Source: Eledone cirrhosa (taxonomy: Eukaryota). Taken from it: 64,000 nt of DNA. The notes under the pieces were generated by a model, which had not been told where the DNA came from, searched no databases, and worked only from the letters and a program-made list of their open reading frames with translations. The DNA lies in the NCBI GenBank assembly GCA_964016885.1, contig OZ024745.1:24800001-24864000 (forward strand), in the 5' to 3' direction. The position numbers and the translations under genes are program-made. Below are positions 1-16,628 of the stretch, one piece after another (within the stretch, counting starts at the first letter, position 1; the number at the start of each line of letters is the position of its first letter).

Positions 1-131
1 TCGATAAAAGGCCTTGGGCGCGCCGCTGATCGCTTTTAGATGTCCTGTATTAAGCGCCGAAACATCTTGATCTCGGTTTACAGCTGATGAAGGATTTCTT
101 TTCTTCTCTTGTTTGGTCCATACTACCATCT
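1..131 (+). mobile_element. 3' end of a diverged copy of the non-coding permuted-hammerhead element (homologous to 40966-41132)
   Basis: ATAAAAGGCCTTGGGCGC...GATGTCCTGTA...GCCGAAACATC...TTTACAGCTGATGA matches 40968-41058; it ends in (TA)n like that copy. Confidence 0.7.
38..93 (+). ncRNA. Hammerhead-like motif, non-circularly permuted strand order
   Basis: AGATGTC^CTGTA (38-49), CC-GAAA-CATCT (57-67), TACAG-CTGATGA-AGG (79-93); stem III 6 bp, stem I 5 bp, stem II GG/CC. Confidence 0.6.
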
Positions 132-149
132 TATATATATATATATATA

Positions 150-2750
<2,601 letters not shown>

Positions 2751-2914
2751 GAAAGAATAGTAACATGGTTGGCTGTACAACAAGGGGCTTTATTTCAGGT
2801 ATTGACAATTGTTTCATTGATCAGGTGAGTCTAGAAGTCGCAAATCGCTTGAAGTTGCGTCACTCGATCTCCATTACATTATTTACCTCTGACCAACTCA
2901 TCAGAGTTTTTTTC

Positions 2915-3207
2915 GTATTCTGATGAGTTGGTCAGAGATAAATAATTGTTTCTACTTTAGGCACAAGGCCAGCAAATTACCCAGTGTATTACTGGTACTT
3001 TATTTTATCGACCCCGTAAGGATGAAAGGCAAAGTTAACCCCGGCGGGATTTGAACTCAGAATAGCAAGGGCCGTAACTCTATGCGTCAAAGCATGGCGT
3101 CCGACTCTCTACCAATACTGCCAAATAATGTAACGGAGATCGAGTGACGCAACTTCCAGCGATTAGCGACTTCTAGACTCACCTGATCAATGAAACAATT
3201 GTAATAC
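2915..3207 (+). ncRNA. Type I hammerhead with long stem II loop, split by a SINE insertion (mirror copy 2798-2904, - strand)
   Basis: GTATT-CTGATGA-GTTGGTCAG...CTGATCAAT-GAAA-CAATTG-TA-ATAC; the mirror arm reads GAAACAATTGTC^AATAC. Confidence 0.7.
2941..3122 (-). mobile_element. tRNA-derived SINE with Meta-domain-like core
   Basis: Minus strand: A box TGGCAGTATTGG, B box GAGTTCAAATCC, GCCTTTCATCCTTACGGGGTCGATAAAATAAAGTACC core, ATT tail; AAATAAT duplicated at both ends. Confidence 0.9.
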
Positions 3208-3422
3208 CTGAAATAAAGCCCCTTATAGTACAGCCAACCATGTTACTATTCTTTCTTTCACTATTATTACTCCAAGTATAACCTACATAGGAATTACCGC
3301 GAACTCGCTGCCTAACTGTGGAAACATCTTGTTGAGTCAAACAAAGCCGTACGTCAAAACTATCCACGACGCAGAGTACTCACAACCTCTAACTGGATTA
3401 CCTATAACGATAACTTGTTACC

Positions 3423-3473
<51 letters not shown>

Positions 3474-4065
3474 ATATTAGAAAGAGAGAGATGTATAAAT
3501 AAAGAGATTGGGAGAGAGAGTGGAAGTAGAAATATAAATATATTCTTTTCTATATATCATTCTATTTCTACGATCCTTCTGCTCTCCTCCACCCATTCCT
3601 CACACCAATTTTATCTCTTGTCATATATGTCCAAGGTTACGGCTGGAGTTTACTCCTTTCTTTTCCTTCTACAGTTGGTATCTGATAGTTGGGATGTTTT
3701 CAACGTTGAAAAGTTTATCAGGAGAGAAGATGGAGCAAGCCGCCGTGGAGTGGGGCGGAAATGTATAGGGAGATGGTGAATTTTCAAATTGAACAGAATA
3801 AGAGCGGTGACATGAAAGAAACGAAAAGAAAAATGAAAAAGGCGAAAAATAAAGGAAAAACAGAAAGAGAGAAAACGAATTCATTGGTGATAAAACAAAA
3901 ACGCTAACATCTAGACTATCGTCTCACACATCTGCAAATGGAGAAAATTATAGATTAATAAAGAAATAGAATGAGTTAGAGTAAACAGAAGGAAAGATCG
4001 AAGAGTATTAAATAAGGAAACAAAAATTGAGGAAGAATACAGAAACGGAGACTAACTATTGGGAG

Positions 4066-4223
4066 ATAATTGTTTCTACTTTTGGCACAAGGCCAGCTAT
4101 TACCCAGTACATTACTGCTACTTTATTTTATCGACCCCGTAAGGATGAAAGGCAAAGTTAACCTCGGCGGGATTTGAACTCAGATAGTAAAGGGATGTAA
4201 CTCTACCGATACTGCAATCCACC
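4066..4223 (-). mobile_element. SINE, same family, with internal deletion
   Basis: Same core and tail sequence. Confidence 0.85.
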
Positions 4224-4400
4224 ATAGATTTAAAATTGTTTTAGAAAAGTCAGTAAATTACAAGTTTGAAATAATCGAGTGAAAACCGAAGTGAAGAAGA
4301 AGAAAGCAAGAGTTTATTACACTTCTACCTTTTCAGGTTTAAACCCCCTTTTCAAAAGAAAATCGAGTATGATAGTGATAGCGAGTCGCTATATAGAGTT

Positions 4401-4588
4401 AATTGTTTCTACTTTAGGCACAAGGCCAGCAACTACCCAGTGCCTCACTGGTACTTTATTTTATCGACCCCGTAAGGATGAAAGGCAAAGTCAACCTCGG
4501 CGGGATTTGAACTCAGATCGTAAAGGGACGTAACTATGCTAGAAAGCATGGCGTCCGACCCTCTACCGATACTACCAATCCACCGCCC
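4401..4588 (-). mobile_element. SINE, full length, with 20-bp target site duplication
   Basis: AGTCGCTATATAGAGTTAAT at 4384-4403 and 4589-4608. Confidence 0.92.
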
Positions 4589-4656
4589 AGTCGCTATATA
4601 GAGTTAATAAATATATTATTCCATCAACACCAGCATCAAAATCGCGATGGGTTTAG

Positions 4657-4746
4657 TTCAATGTGACTGACAACACCGACATTAATTGGTTCTCTGGTAC
4701 CGATAATAAAGCAGCCATCAAGTTCACCTAGTTCGACTGTGTCGAA
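4657..4746 (+). pseudogene. Short PLE reverse transcriptase remnant
   Basis: Translates as DINWFSGTDNKAAIKFT*FD, like VIRWFSDLRSKQSMRFIQFD in the PLE at 32.75 kb. Confidence 0.5.
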
Positions 4747-5893
4747 GCAAAATAAATTGTAGTTTATCGTTTGATAGAGATGTTTTGAACAAGACTGCAC
4801 TCTTATTACACTAAAGCATCAGTGAGGAGTGGCTTCATACAACATTTAATATAACTTACCATAAAAGCGTTAGGGAAAATAACCTAACCAAGATGTCTCA
4901 ACAAATATAATTAGACGTCACTTGCTAAACAACCACAAGTACCATAAACGGTTTAACATTAAGGTTTGCTACTCCTGTCTAGTTAACATTACTTCCAACA
5001 TGTCACACCACACCAGAACACGTACCCCCACCTCACGCACTGACAAGTTGAGGAGGCTGTGGTTTACAGAGCCACCTTCCCACCACGAGTTGGTATCTTG
5101 AGGAACTACCCGGGCCTAACCACCAATAACTTAAGAAAATATTTAGTGCTTTAGGTACATGGATAGGGAAAATGTCTCCTCCATGCCCCGTTTCATCTGG
5201 GGGCTCTAGGAACATGGAAATAATTTCCCTTAACATCATATGGTGTAGCTTTAACAGAGCCACTCCTTACACACATGGAGCTCACTACTTCCAGTTTTGT
5301 CACCATCAGAGTTTAAACATATTTCAGCAACCTGCAGAATCCATTAATAGGGCGACCGTCATCGTTTTGGTAAGATCAAAGAAATGCCCTGTTACGCAAC
5401 ATCAAATCATTGGCTCCTAATGACACACAAAAGCCAACTTAAATCCAACTGACCCATTTGCACATGCAGCGTTGATAACCTAACCCTCACAACATCATTG
5501 CTATCAACCAAAAAACAAATCCTGTCGCAATCAAACTGTTCATAAGGGACAGCGATACCAAATAATACACAGACTATTGCTATCGCTAGATTGCCTGCCG
5601 TTTTACACGCATAATAAATTGATTGGAGCCACCTCCCACGTGGAACAACGATCAAGAATATCTGCAGTCGCTGCTCTTTCAATTCTACCACGTGGTCTGA
5701 ACCAACCAATGGAGGTCCTTTATAAATTCCGTTAGCAGCCATGTTTGCTAACATTTTTGTCATAATTTCTACCGCATCTGAGAAGTTAGGAGATGTTTAC
5801 ATCTATGAAATAACTGATAAGGGCAAGGGTCGGTTAAACTGTTAATACACACATACACACACACACATATGTATATATGTGTGTGTGTGTGTG

Positions 5894-5964
<71 letters not shown>

Positions 5965-6221
5965 CATGTATACATATATATATTTATATATACATATATA
6001 TATGTGCATGTATGCATATATATATATGTATACATATATGTATACATATATGTATATATGTATATATAAGCGCGTGTATGATCTGGTGTGTATTACTTTT
6101 GGACGCCATCAAGAAATAAAAAATAAAAAGGAAAAGGCATTTTAGTGAAAATAGGGGGAAAAAAAGCAAGCAGATAGGTGGGGAAAGAATAAATAAATAA
6201 AGAAAGAAAGAAAGAAAGAAA

Positions 6222-6288
<67 letters not shown>

Positions 6289-6324
6289 GATGTGAAAAGC
6301 GGGAGGGAAAGACTGGAAGGCCTT

Positions 6325-6524
6325 NNNNNNNNNNNNNNNNNNNNNNNNNNNNNNNNNNNNNNNNNNNNNNNNNNNNNNNNNNNNNNNNNNNNNNNNNNNN
6401 NNNNNNNNNNNNNNNNNNNNNNNNNNNNNNNNNNNNNNNNNNNNNNNNNNNNNNNNNNNNNNNNNNNNNNNNNNNNNNNNNNNNNNNNNNNNNNNNNNNN
6501 NNNNNNNNNNNNNNNNNNNNNNNN
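6325..6524. other. Assembly gap (200 N)
   Basis: N run between a (AAAG)n tract and the satellite. Confidence 1.
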
Positions 6525-9500
6525 AAAATACTGCTACCACAACGCCGCCATTACTACCAACAACAACAGTAACAACAACAACCTCCATTAAAGTACTGCT
6601 ACCACAACACCGCCATTACCACCAACAACAACAGTAACAACAACAACCCTCCATTAAAGTACTGCTTCCACAACACCGCTATTACCACCAACAACAACAA
6701 CATTAACAACAACAACAACCTTCCATTAAAGTGCTGCTACCACAACACCGCCATTACTACCAACAACAACAGTAACAACAACAACCTCCATTAAAGTACT
6801 GCTACCACAACACCGCCATTACTACCAACAACAACAACATTAACAACAACATCCCTCCATTAAAGTACTACTACCACAACACCGCCATTACTACCAACAA
6901 CAACAGTAACAACAACAACCCTCCATTAAAGTACTGCTACCACAACACCGCCATTACTACCAACAACAACAGTAACAACAACAACCTCCATTAAAGTACT
7001 GCTACCACAACACCGCCATTACTACCAACAACAACAACAGTAACAACAACATCCCTCCATTAAAGTACTACTACCACAACACCGCCATTACTACCAACAA
7101 CAACAGTAACAACAACAACCCTCCATTAAAGTACTGCTACCACAACACTGCCATTACCACCAACAACAACAGTAACAACAACAACCTCCATTAAAGTACT
7201 ACTACCACAACACCGCTATTACCACCAACAACAACAGTAACAACAACAACCCTCCATTAAAGTACTGCTACCACAACGCCGCCATTACCACCAACACACA
7301 ACAGTAACAACAACAGCCCTCCATTAATGTACTGCTACCACAACACCGCCATTAATACCAACAACAACAGTAACAACAACAACCTCCATTAAAGTACTAC
7401 TACCACAAACCGCCATTACCACCAACAACAACAGTAAGAACAACAACCCTCCATTAAAGTACTGCTACCACAACGCCGCCATTACCACCAACACACAACA
7501 GTAACAACAACAGCCCTCCATTAAAGTACTGCTACCACAACACCGCCATTACTACCAACAACAACAGTAACAACAACAACAACCCTCCATTAAAGTACTA
7601 CTACCACAACACCGCCATTACCACCAACAACAACAGTAACAAAAGCAACCTCCGTTAAAATACTGCTACCACAACGCCGCCATTACCACCAACAACAACA
7701 GTAACAACAACAACAACCTTCCATTAAAGTACTGCTACCACAACACCGCCATTACCACCAACAACAACAGTAACAACAACAACCTCCATTAAAGTACTGC
7801 TTCCACAACACCGCCATTACCACCAACAACAACAGTAACAACAACAACCCTCCATTAAAGTACTGCTTCCACAACACCGCCATTACCACCAACAACAACA
7901 ACATTAACAACAACAACAACCTTCCATTAAAGTACTGCTACCACAACACCGCCATTACTACCAACAACAACAGTAACAACAACAACCTCCATTAAAGTAC
8001 TGCTACCACAACGCCGCCATTACCACCAAGAACAACAGTAACAACAACAACAACCTTCCATTAAAGTACTGCTACCACAACACCGCCATTACTACCAACA
8101 ACAAGAGTAACAACAACAACCTCCATTAAAGTACTGCTACCACAACACCGCCATTACTACCAACAACAGTAACAACAACAACCCTCCATTAAAGTACTGC
8201 TACCACAACACCGCCATTACTACCAACAACAACAGTAACAACAACAACCTCCATTAAAGTACTGCTACCACAACGCCGCCATTACCACCAAGAACAACAG
8301 TAACAACAACAACAACCTTCCATTAAAGTACTGCTACCACAACACCGCCATTACTACCAACAACAACAGTAACAACAACAACCTCCATTAAAGTACTGCT
8401 ACCACAACACCGCCATTACTACCAACAACAGTAACAACAACAACCTCCATTAAAGTACTGCTACCACAACACCGCCATTACTACCAACAACAGTAACAAC
8501 AACAACCTCCATTAAAGTACTGCTACCACAACACCGCCATTACTACCAACAACAGTAACAACAACAACCCTCCATTAAAGTACTGCACCACAACGCCGCC
8601 ATTACCACCAAGAACAACAGTAACAACAACAACAACCTTCCATTAAAGTACTGCTACCACAACACCGCCATTACTACCAACAACAACAGTAACAACAACA
8701 ACCTCCATTAAAGTACTGCTACCACAACACCGTCATTACTACCAACAACAGTAACAACAACAACCCTCCATTAAAGTACTGCTACCACAACACCGCCATT
8801 ACCACCAACAACAACAGTAACAACAACAACAAGCTCCATTAAAGTACTGCTACCACAACACCGCCATTACTACCAACAACAACAGTAACAACAACAACCT
8901 CCATTAAAGTACTACTACCACAACACCGCCATTACTACCAACAACAACAGTAACTACAAGAACAACCCTCCATTAAAGTACTGCTACCACAACACCGCCA
9001 TTACTACCAACAACAACAGTAACAACAACAACAACCTTCCATTAAAGTACTACTACCACAACACCGCCATTACTACCAACAACAACAGTAACAACAACAA
9101 CCTCCATTAAAGTACTGCTACCACAACACCGCCATTACCAACAACAACAACAGTAACAACAACAATCCTCCATTAAAGTACTGCTACCACTACACCGCCA
9201 TTACCACCAACAACAACAGTAACAACAACAACAACCCTCCATTAAAGTACTGCTACCACAACACCGCCATTACCACCAACAACAACAGTAACAACAACAA
9301 CAACCTTCCATTAAAGTACTGCTACCACAACACCGCCATTACCACCAACAACAACAGTAACAACAACAACAACTTTCCATTAAAGTACTGCTACCACAAC
9401 ACCGCCATTACTACCAACAACAACAGTAACAACAACAACAACCTTCCATTAAAGTACTGCTACCACAACGCCGCCATTACCACCAACACACAACAGTAAC

Positions 9501-9835
9501 AACAACAGCCCTCCATTAAAGTACTGCTACCACAACACCGCCATTACTACCAACAACAACAGTAACAACAACAACAACCTTCCATTAAAGTACTGCTACC
9601 ACAACGCCGCCATTACCACCAACACACAACAGTAACAACAACAGCCCTCCATTAAAGTACTGCTACCACAACACCGCCATTACTACCAACAACAACAGTA
9701 ACAACAACAACAACCTTCCATTAAAGTACTGCTACCACAACGCGGCCATTACCACCAACACACAACAGTAACAACAACAGCCCTCCATTAAAGTACTGCT
9801 ACCACAACACCGCCATTACTGCCAACAACAACAGC
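6525..9835. repeat. Minisatellite array, about 62-69 bp unit, about 50 copies
   Basis: Unit CTCCATTAAAGTACTGCTACCACAACACCGCCATTACTACC(AAC)nAGT(AAC)n. Confidence 0.95.
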
Positions 9836-9930
9836 AGGGATGAGTACAATGAGAACAACGGAATCAGCGAGGACATCAACAACAATGACACAAACACAAC
9901 ACAAGTAAAAACAACAACAACAACAACAAC

Positions 9931-10291
9931 AAGGCAGCAAATACTCCAGTAAATTACTGGTACTTTATTTTATCGACCCCGTAACGATGGAAGGCAAAGT
10001 TAACCTCGGCGGGATTTGAGCTCAGACTGCAAAGGGCCGTAACTCTATGCTGCAAAGCATGGCATCTGACCCTCTACCGATACTGCCAATCTCCTGCCCT
10101 TAGTTACAATAATTGTTTCTATTTTTTGGCACAAGGCCAGCAATTACCTAGTACATTACTGGTACTTTATTTTATCGACCCAGTAAGGATGAAAGGCAAA
10201 GTTAACCTCGGCGGGATTTGAACTCAGACCGTAATGGGCCGTAACTCTTTGCTGCAAAGCATGGCGTCCGACCCTCTACCGATACTGCCAA
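9931..10291 (-). mobile_element. Two tandem SINE copies (9931-10098 and 10108-10291)
   Basis: Two cores and B boxes in the same orientation. Confidence 0.88.
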
Positions 10292-10851
10292 TAACAACAA
10301 CAACAGGAACAACAGCAACAACAACAGTAACAACAACAACAACAACAACAACGACGGTGACAACAACAACAACTGCAACGACGGTGACAACAACAACAAC
10401 TGCAACGACGGCGACAACAACAGCAACAACTGCAACGACGGTGACAACAACAACAACTGCAACGACGGTGACAACAACAACAACAACAACAACTGCAACG
10501 ACGGCGACAACAACAGCAACAACTGCAACGACGGTGACAACAACAACAACAACTGCAACGACGGTGACAACAACAACAACAACAACAACTGCAACGACGG
10601 TGACAACAACAACAACAACTGCAACGACGGTGACAACAACAACAACAACAACTGCAACGACGGTGACAACAACAACAAATGCAACGACGGTGACAACAAC
10701 AACAACAACTGCAACGACGGTGACAACAACAACTGCAACGACGGTGACAACAACAACTGCAACGACGGTGACAACAACAATAAAAACTGCAACAGCAACA
10801 ACAACAACAACAACAACAACTGCAACGACTGCAACAACTGCAACGACGGTG

Positions 10852-10882
<31 letters not shown>

Positions 10883-11845
10883 CCGCAACGACGGTGACAA
10901 CAACAACAACTGCATCTGCAACGACGGTGACAACAACAACAACAACAACTGCAACGATGGTGACAACAACAACAACTGCAACGACGGTGACAACAACAAC
11001 AACTGCAACGACGGTGACAACAACAACAACTGCATCTGCAACGACGGTGACAACAACAACAACAACAACAACTGCAACGATGGTGACAACAACAACTGCA
11101 ACTGCAACGACGGTGACAACAACAACAACTGCATCTGCAACGACGGTGACAACAACAACAACAACTGCAACGATGGTGACAACAACAATAACAACAACAA
11201 CTGCAACGACGGTGACAACAACAACAACAACAACAACTGCAACGACGGTGACAACAACAACAACAACTGCAACGACGGTGACAACAACAACAACAACAAC
11301 TGCAACGATGGTGACAACAACAACAACAACAACTGCAACGGCGGTGACAACAACAACAACTGCAACTGCAACGACGGTGACAACAACAACAACAACAACT
11401 GCAACGACGGTGACAACAACAACAACTGCAACTGCAACGACGGTGACAACAACAACAACAACAACTGCAACGACGGTAACAACAACAACAACTGCAACTG
11501 CAACGACGGTGACAACAACAACAACTGCAACTGCAACGACGGTGACAACAACAACAACAACAACTGCAACGACGGTGACAACAACAACAACTGCAACTGC
11601 AACGACGGTGACAACAACAACAACTGCAACTGCAACGACGGTGACAACAACAACAACAACAACTGCAACGACGGTGACAACAACAACAACAACTGCAACG
11701 ACGGTGACAACAACAACAAAAAAAACTGCAACAGCAACAACAACAACAACAACTGCAACGACTGCAACAACTGCAACGACGGTGACAACAACAACAACTG
11801 CAACTGCAACGACGGTGACAACAACAACAACTGCAACTGCTACAG
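10292..11845. repeat. (ACA)n-based minisatellite, unit ACTGCAACGACGGTG(ACA)n
   Basis: Direct reading; produces the 530-550 aa low-complexity ORFs in four frames. Confidence 0.93.
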
Positions 11846-12122
11846 TACATTGACCAACATTGAATAACAACATTGACCACAATAACAAGTGTTACAAGAA
11901 TAACACAAAAGAAATAAAAGCAGCAACAATGGTAACTGTCACGTTGTCAACAACAACAATGATGTGTATGTGTGTGTACATGTGTGTGTACATGTGTGTG
12001 TACATGTGTGTGTGTGTACATGTGTGTGTGTACATGTGTGTGTGAGTGTGTGTGTGTGTGTACATATGTGTAAATGTGTGTCTGTACATGTGTGTACATG
12101 TGTGTGTAAATGTGTGTGTACA

Positions 12123-12156
<34 letters not shown>

Positions 12157-12984
12157 TGTGTGTGTGTGTACATATGTGTAAATGTGTGTGTCTGTACATG
12201 TGTGTGTGAGTGTGTGTGTGTACATGTGTGTGTGTGTGTGCACATGTGTGTGAGTGTGTGTGTGTGTGTGTCACTGAAACGTCAGTGGAGTGGAAAGAGG
12301 AAAAAGAATGAAAACGGAGGGAGGGGGGAGTGTGGGGGATAGGAGTTAAAGGGGGAGAAGGAGGGGGATGAGGAAGTAAAATGGATGTACACGGAAGGAA
12401 CTGGTAGAGAATATAGATGGCGGCGCAAGGACGGAAGGAAGCTAGTGTGTGAGGGAGTGGGAGAAATGTTGATTGACAAGTTGCATTGTGACCTGTCGTC
12501 TGCTAACCATATTTAGGTCTACAGAACCGACATCATCATCCGCATCATCATCATCAACCCCATCATCATCATCACCATCATCATCACCATCACCACCACC
12601 ATCATCATCATCATCATCATCATCAACGTCATCATCATCATCATCATTATCAACATCATCATCATCAAATTGTACAAAATATAGTTAAGAAATTCCTGGA
12701 TAATAAAGACGAAAAATAAATATATTTGGGGAAAAAAATCTTTAAAAATAAATTTATTAAAGAATGCTAAAAAATTAAAAACTAGACGATGAATATATTG
12801 ACAAGTTAAATGGCAAAAGCACGTGTAAGAATAAAATGGATATTCAAAATATATATATAGCATAAGGACATGTAAGAGTTAAAGAGATGTCCATGGAATC
12901 TTCAGCAATATTCAAGAGAAGGGACATTTATATAAGCCCCACAATTTGTATTTTAAAATGTGTAGGATGGAAGCATGAAAGATT

Positions 12985-13167
12985 AATAATAATTGTTTCT
13001 ACTTTTAGCACAAGGCCAGCAATTACCCAGTGCATTACTGGTACTTTATTTTATCGACCCCGTAAGGATGAAAGGCAAAGTGAACCTCGGCGGGATTTGA
13101 ACTCAGAACGTAACTATGCTGGAAAACATGGCGTCCGACTCTCTACCGATACTGCCAAACCACCGCC
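12985..13167 (-). mobile_element. SINE with target site duplication
   Basis: GAAAGAT(T/A)AATAATAAT at 12977-12993 and 13168-13184. Confidence 0.9.
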
Positions 13168-13484
13168 GAAAGATAAATAATAATGAATAAGAGTATATAA
13201 GTATATAAGTACAATGAGAATAGTTAGACCATTACCTGGGGATAACTATAAAATAAATATTTGAGGTGAAACGAAATGACAAGCACAATCCAGCTAGAGA
13301 GTCAACAATTTAAAAAAGTGGTGGAAAAACAAGAGTAAAAAGAGTGTATTATGAGAAATTGGAGTACTATAAACACGAATAAGTGGATAAAAATCGAAAA
13401 CAATACATTTGGAAAATGATACGTAGGTACAAGAGTGAATAAAGCTTTAGCTAACGTTAGTATCTGTATTATTAGTCATCTTTT

Positions 13485-13677
13485 GGAGGTGGATTGGCAG
13501 TATCGGTAGAGGGTCAGACACCATGCTTTGACCGCATAGAGTTACGGCCCTTGCCATTCTGAGTTCAAATCCCGCCGAGGTTAACTTTGCCTTTCATCCT
13601 TACGGGGTCGATAAAATAAAGTACCAGTAATGCACTGGGTAATTGTTGGCCTTGTGTCAAAAGTAGAAACAATTATT
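13485..13677 (+). mobile_element. SINE, full length, sense orientation
   Basis: A box TGGCAGTATCGG, B box GAGTTCAAATCC; ATTATTAGTCAT duplicated at 13468-13479 and 13672-13683. Confidence 0.92.
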
Positions 13678-13774
13678 AGTCATTATTTATATTTTGTAAA
13701 ACTTGAGATTTTGCTGTAGAAGTAAATTTTCAAGCACTTAAATTTAGAGAAAAGACTTTCACCTGGTCTTTAGT

Positions 13775-13878
13775 TACATCGATGGCGTAACTTTCCCTCG
13801 TGCATAAACTACAAGGTTTCTTGTTGCCAGTATATGACGTAACTCTTGCGATGATGCTCCATTTGAACGTGTAATTAA
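13775..13878 (-). pseudogene. PLE GIY-YIG endonuclease C-terminal remnant
   Basis: NYTFKWSIIARVTSYTGNKKPCSLCTRESYAI resembles WNIVSKGIPF..CDLCAEE of ORF 56139-56579. Confidence 0.7.
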
Positions 13879-14252
13879 TATTTCTAAAATAATTCTATAT
13901 TTACACTCTAAATAAATATGGAGATTGGCGTTATATATATATATATATATATCTTCACTTCCTTATCTTATTAAGTTGAACATTTTCTATGTTTCTAGAT
14001 TCATCCTTTCTTAGCAACGTCAATATATTTCCTACTTATGAATTACAGTTTCAGATATTCCAGGAGGAAATTATGTATCAGGCTGGTAGCTCTGACTTTG
14101 TGTGAACAAACAACGTTAAACTACAGATAAAGGGCACAATTCAAGAATAAACAGAAACTGTCTTCTTGAAATATACCCTTGCCATACTATATCCTATGAC
14201 TGGAAATATAACCTCTATACGTATGTATCTATGTATGTATGTATGTATTATG

Positions 14253-14860
14253 TCAGATCACCAGTTGGTGCTACTGGTAACAGGTATCCCAGTACAACCT
14301 GTCTCATGGTCGGGTCGTTGGCGAGTAAACTGGCAGCCCCATCAAGGTTTCTTGGTGAGGAGGATGACTTTGGACATCCTGCAGGACTAAAAACAAAACC
14401 TGTCAAAGGGCAAAGGAGCTCTTAAGAGTCAATGGCCATCCAAAATCACCGGGAGAGATGACCCCTTAGCCTTTGTCAAGGCAGAATTCTAGGAGAAGGA
14501 AAACTCTGATATAACACCTGAAACCCTGATGGTATCCAATGATGTTGACTTGTTCTTCTTTTTGGTAAATATCATCTTGGTTAAGAGAGTGGGACTGGCT
14601 TTGTGCAGTGCCTTTGCTCACTATAAAAGCTTCACGGCACAGGCATTGCTTTATATCTGGAGATCTCTCTGCACTTGTCGTCACATGGTACCATGGGCCC
14701 AGCACTATGTGTCAATAATTGTCACAAGTGTAGTGTTTGTACCAGAGTTTTCAAGTCACTGGCTGGACTAAAAAGTCACACTCGTTCAGCGGATTGGTAG
14801 GGGTTCTCCTACATGGATATAAAGTAGTGGCCGTACTCGAAAACGAGTTGGCAGCCACCA
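14253..14860 (+). mobile_element. About 610-bp non-coding interspersed repeat with (TGTA)n tail, probably a non-autonomous LINE derivative
   Basis: Highly similar copy at 52433-53040; diverged pieces at about 14945-15190 and 57450-57981 (-); (TATG)n on both sides. Confidence 0.8.
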
Positions 14861-15281
14861 TGTATGTATGTATGTATGTATGTATGCATGCATGTATGTA
14901 TGTATTATGTATGTACGTATGTATGTATTTATCTATGTATGTATCAGGAGAGTTAACGGCCATCCAATAAAGTTTACTTTTTTATGGAGCAAGAGATTCC
15001 TAGTCTTCATTAAGTCATCTCTCTAGAAGGTCACGCTGATATAAAACCTGCAACTTTGTTTGTATCCTATGATGTAGACCAGTTCTACTTTCTGAGTAAA
15101 TACATTTGATGTTCAGGGAGCGGTATTGGCCCCATGCAAAGCTTTTCCTCACTTAAAAACGCTTCCAGCACAGACATTGCTTGTATGAATGTATGTTCTA
15201 TCTAGTTTGAGATTTTTCATCAATATAGAAAGAGTCGCTGCCGAACCTCCAAATAAGGCTCTTCAATTGGAATTTAGACAT

Positions 15282-15465
<184 letters not shown>

Positions 15466-15865
15466 CGTGTGTGTGTATGTGTGCATATGTACATGTGAGT
15501 ATGTATGTCTGTGCATGTATATATGTATGTATGTGTGTATGTATGTATGTGTATGTATGTATGTTTTGACTTATGCGTGATGCTTGTTTGTGTATGTATG
15601 TATATATGCATATGTATACATGTATGTATGTATATATTCATATGTATATATGTTTGTATGTATATATGTATGCATGTATATAACCATATGTATATATGTT
15701 TGTATGTATATATGTATGCAAGTATATATCCATATGTATATATATATATATATATGTATGTATTATGTGTGTATAAACCAAACTAAATACAGAGGTTTCT
15801 TTCAGTAAAGCTTTCCCAAAAATCTGTAGAATTTCTGGCTTAAGGGAAAAATCTTTTCCCAATAC

Positions 15866-15938
<73 letters not shown>

Positions 15939-16257
15939 GCATACATACATACATACATACATACATACATACATACATACATACATACATACATACCTAC
16001 ATACATACATACATACATACATACATACACATATGCATATGTACACACACATACAAACAGACGTGTGTATACATACATACCTACACACATACCTACACAC
16101 TAACATACACTCATGTATACACATTCGTTCTCCTCACTCTTCAGTTGTCGTATAAAGGTCTCTTTAATCTTTTCGCTGATCGAAGTTAGGTGGAAACTGG
16201 AGAGAGGTGGGTTATTTTCTCATCTCGTTTTAACTTCTTTTGCCGCGCTTCTCCCGC

Positions 16258-16297
<40 letters not shown>

Positions 16298-16392
16298 TTC
16301 TTTCTTGCTTGCTTTCTTCCTTTCTTTCTTTCCCTCTATATCTCCAGCCCTCTTTGGTTGTGTACATGTGTGTACTATTTGTGTTTGTAAAG

Positions 16393-16450
<58 letters not shown>

Positions 16451-16469
16451 TTATATATATAAATTTATA

Positions 16470-16628
<159 letters not shown>

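Larger units (their letters stand above)
2751..3255. mobile_element. Inverted pair of PLE pseudo-LTR fragments carrying hammerheads; right arm interrupted by a SINE
   Basis: 2751-2905 is the reverse complement of 2919-2946 joined to 3123-3255. Confidence 0.75.

Noticed and set aside
6525-9835. CRISPR-like array
   Set aside because: Pure tandem units with no spacers, in a eukaryotic context.
10234-11853. Mucin-like Thr-rich 539-aa ORF and the antisense Cys/Val/Leu ORFs
   Set aside because: Begins inside a SINE, is open in four frames because of triplet repeats, and has no signal peptide or splice evidence.
13485-13580. tRNA gene
   Set aside because: The A and B boxes belong to a SINE head continuing into core and tail, with a target duplication.
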